Below, one piece after another: positions 62,437-64,000 of a stretch of DNA of 64,000 nucleotides; the first letter of the stretch is position 1, and every line of letters begins with the position of its first letter. Source of the stretch: Actinomycetes bacterium (GTDB lineage Bacteria > Actinomycetota > Acidimicrobiia > Acidimicrobiales > Acidimicrobilacustridaceae); NCBI GenBank assembly GCA_029782145.1, contig JAKOVH010000026.1, positions 491,389 through 555,388 of the forward strand, written 5' to 3'. A model generated the notes under the pieces. That model was given only the letters and a program-made list of their open reading frames with translations. It was not told where the DNA came from and did no database searches. The position numbers and the translations under genes are program-made.

Positions 62437-63720
62437 GTGAACGTCGAGGACATGATCTTCATCAGCGTGGACGACCACGTGGTCGAGCCGCCCGACATGT
62501 TCGAGGGCCGCATGCCGGCCGCCTACGCCGACCGGGCGCCCAAGATCGTGCGCAACGCGCGTGGCGACGACGTGTGGGAGTTCGAGGGGGCCAAGATCCC
62601 CAACATCGGGCTCAACGCGGTGGCCGGCCGTCCCAAGGAGGAGTACGGCGTCGACCCCACCTCCTACGAGGAGATGCGCAAGGGCTGCTGGGACGTCGAC
62701 GAGCGGGTGAAGGACATGAGCGCCGGCGGCGTGCTGGCGTCGATGAACTTCCCGTCGTTCCCGTCGTTCTCGGGCCGGCTGTTCCTGACCACCGAGGACA
62801 AGGAGCTGGCCACGGCGGTGGTCCGGGCCTACAACGACTGGCACATCGACGGCTGGTGCGGCGCCCACCCCGACCGCTTCATCCCGATGGCCATCCCGAT
62901 GCTGTGGGACCCCGAGCTCACCGCGGCGGAGATCCGCCGGGTGGCCGACAAGGGCTGTCGGTCGCTCACGTTCACCGAGAACCCCGCGACCTTGGGCCTG
63001 CCGAGCTTCCACTCCGAGCACTGGGACCCGATGTGGAAGGCGATCGTCGACACCGACACCATCCTCAACGTGCACCTCGGCTCCTCGGGCCAGCTCGCCG
63101 TCACCGCCCCCGACGCCCCCATCGACGTGATGATCACCCTCCAGCCGCTCAACATCTGCCAGGCGGCGGCCGACCTGCTGTGGTCGCGGGTGTTCAAGCA
63201 GTACCCCACCCTGCGGGTGGCGCTGTCGGAGGGCGGCACGGGCTGGATCCCGTACTTCCTCGACCGGCTCGACCGCACCTACGACATGCACCACGCCTGG
63301 ACCGGCCAGGACTTCGGCGGGAAGCTGCCCAGCGAGGTGTTCCTCGAGCACTTCATGACCTGCTTCATCGCCGATCCCATCGGCCTGCAGCTGCGCCACG
63401 AGGTGGGCGTCGACAACATCTGCTGGGAGATGGACTACCCGCACTCCGACTCGTCGTGGCCCGAGGCCCCCGAGGAGTTCGCCGCCGCGTGCGAGCGCTA
63501 CGGCGTCACCGACGACGAGATCGACAAGATCACGTTCGAGAACGCCATGAAGTGGTACCAGTTCGACCCGTTCTCGATCCGGCCCCGCGAGCAGTGCACC
63601 GTGGGCGCGCTGCGGGCCGAGGTCGCCGGCCACGACGTGTCGGTGAAGTCCTACGACACCGGCCGCTTCGAGCGCTCCGACATCAGCCTCGGCGAGCTGG
63701 CCGGTCGCGCCACCGCCTGA
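62437..63720 (+). CDS. Amidohydrolase-2 family metal-dependent hydrolase/decarboxylase (ACMSD-like)
   Basis: SVDDHVVEP N-terminal His/Asp metal ligand motif. 427 aa. AAGGGGGA Shine-Dalgarno sequence before the GTG. Confidence 0.8.
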   Translation: MNVEDMIFISVDDHVVEPPDMFEGRMPAAYADRAPKIVRNARGDDVWEFEGAKIPNIGLNAVAGRPKEEYGVDPTSYEEMRKGCWDVDERVKDMSAGGVLASMNFPSFPSFSGRLFLTTEDKELATAVVRAYNDWHIDGWCGAHPDRFIPMAIPMLWDPELTAAEIRRVADKGCRSLTFTENPATLGLPSFHSEHWDPMWKAIVDTDTILNVHLGSSGQLAVTAPDAPIDVMITLQPLNICQAAADLLWSRVFKQYPTLRVALSEGGTGWIPYFLDRLDRTYDMHHAWTGQDFGGKLPSEVFLEHFMTCFIADPIGLQLRHEVGVDNICWEMDYPHSDSSWPEAPEEFAAACERYGVTDDEIDKITFENAMKWYQFDPFSIRPREQCTVGALRAEVAGHDVSVKSYDTGRFERSDISLGELAGRATA

Positions 63721-63727
63721 CCCCCGA

Positions 63728-63770
63728 GCTGGTTCTGTTCGTTCCGGAGACCGGAACGAACAGAACCAGC
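63728..63770. repeat. REP-like family A perfect palindrome (GCTGGTTCTGTTCGTTCCGG-aga-CCGGAACGAACAGAACCAGC)
   Basis: 20-nt perfect arms, sited between convergent stops at 63720 and 63781. Same core as the elements at 6502-6614. Confidence 0.85.
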
Positions 63771-63780
63771 GTCGGGGAGG

Positions 63781-64000
63781 TCAGCGCTTCTTCTGCTGCA
63801 GACGGTCGCGGATGGCCCGCACGTGGTCGGCGAAGCCGGGGCGGTCCATCGACCACTGCTGCACGCCGAGCTCGAGGTCGAACGCCTCCTGGAGCGTGGC
63901 GGGCTGTGCGTTCAGCGTCTGCTTGGCCCGCAGCATCAGCTCCCGGTCGCGCCCGGCGGCCCGGGTGGCGAGCTTCATGGCGAGCGGCAGCGCGTCGGCG
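63781..64000 (-). CDS. Enoyl-CoA hydratase/isomerase (crotonase) family protein, C-terminal part only
   Basis: C-terminal crotonase helices (LELGVQQWSMDRPGFADHVRAIRDR). The gene continues beyond the window end. Confidence 0.7.
   Translation of the reverse strand, partial: ADALPLAMKLATRAAGRDRELMLRAKQTLNAQPATLQEAFDLELGVQQWSMDRPGFADHVRAIRDRLQQKKR

Noticed and set aside
57738-62513. 1591-aa ORF on the minus strand (longest in the window)
   Set aside because: It runs antisense across HtpX, flotillin, CarD and the acyl-CoA ligase, all with clear motifs on their own strands. The composition is junk-like. It is a GC-driven artefact.

Overview
This is a high-GC (about 70%) actinobacterial-type chromosomal segment with very strong GC3 bias in coding frames and dense, mostly housekeeping/metabolic gene content. 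About 60 protein-coding genes are supported; no rRNA, tRNA or CRISPR was found.

Recognisable content, in order:
- 3' end of groEL, ending in a stem-loop terminator.
- An fdhD / YdeP-like molybdoenzyme / HemQ / LarE-like cluster.
- CoA-transferase and SDR genes.
- An amt-glnK-glnD nitrogen operon preceded by GlnR-box-like direct repeats.
- A MopB molybdoenzyme and a WS/DGAT acyltransferase.
- Two ABC exporters with an embedded TetR regulator.
- Two tandem Baeyer-Villiger monooxygenase (BVMO) paralogues, each behind the same conserved upstream motif.
- Two pirins and an Stf0-like sulfotransferase.
- A block of hydrolase/flavin-redox genes.
- A GuaB1-like IMPDH-family gene.
- A large SNF2 helicase translationally coupled to a 96-aa basic protein, lying downstream of modABC.
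- PadR-MFS, a DrrAB-like exporter, LemA-HtpX-flotillin, CarD, an acyl-CoA ligase, an amidohydrolase, and the 3' end of a crotonase.

The structure that genes do not explain:
- Three families of REP-like palindromic repeats sit precisely at gene 3' ends and convergent junctions.
- One REP family copy coincides with a pirin ORF that has no in-frame stop for about 1.4 kb and runs antisense through the sulfotransferase.
- A roughly 1.9 kb lower-GC island carries two small membrane proteins, a frameshifted lipoprotein and a 330-nt non-coding stretch.

Many very long antisense ORFs (up to 1591 aa) are GC-driven artefacts and were rejected. Coordinates of internal start codons were derived from the ORF track by codon counting and are less certain than stop positions.
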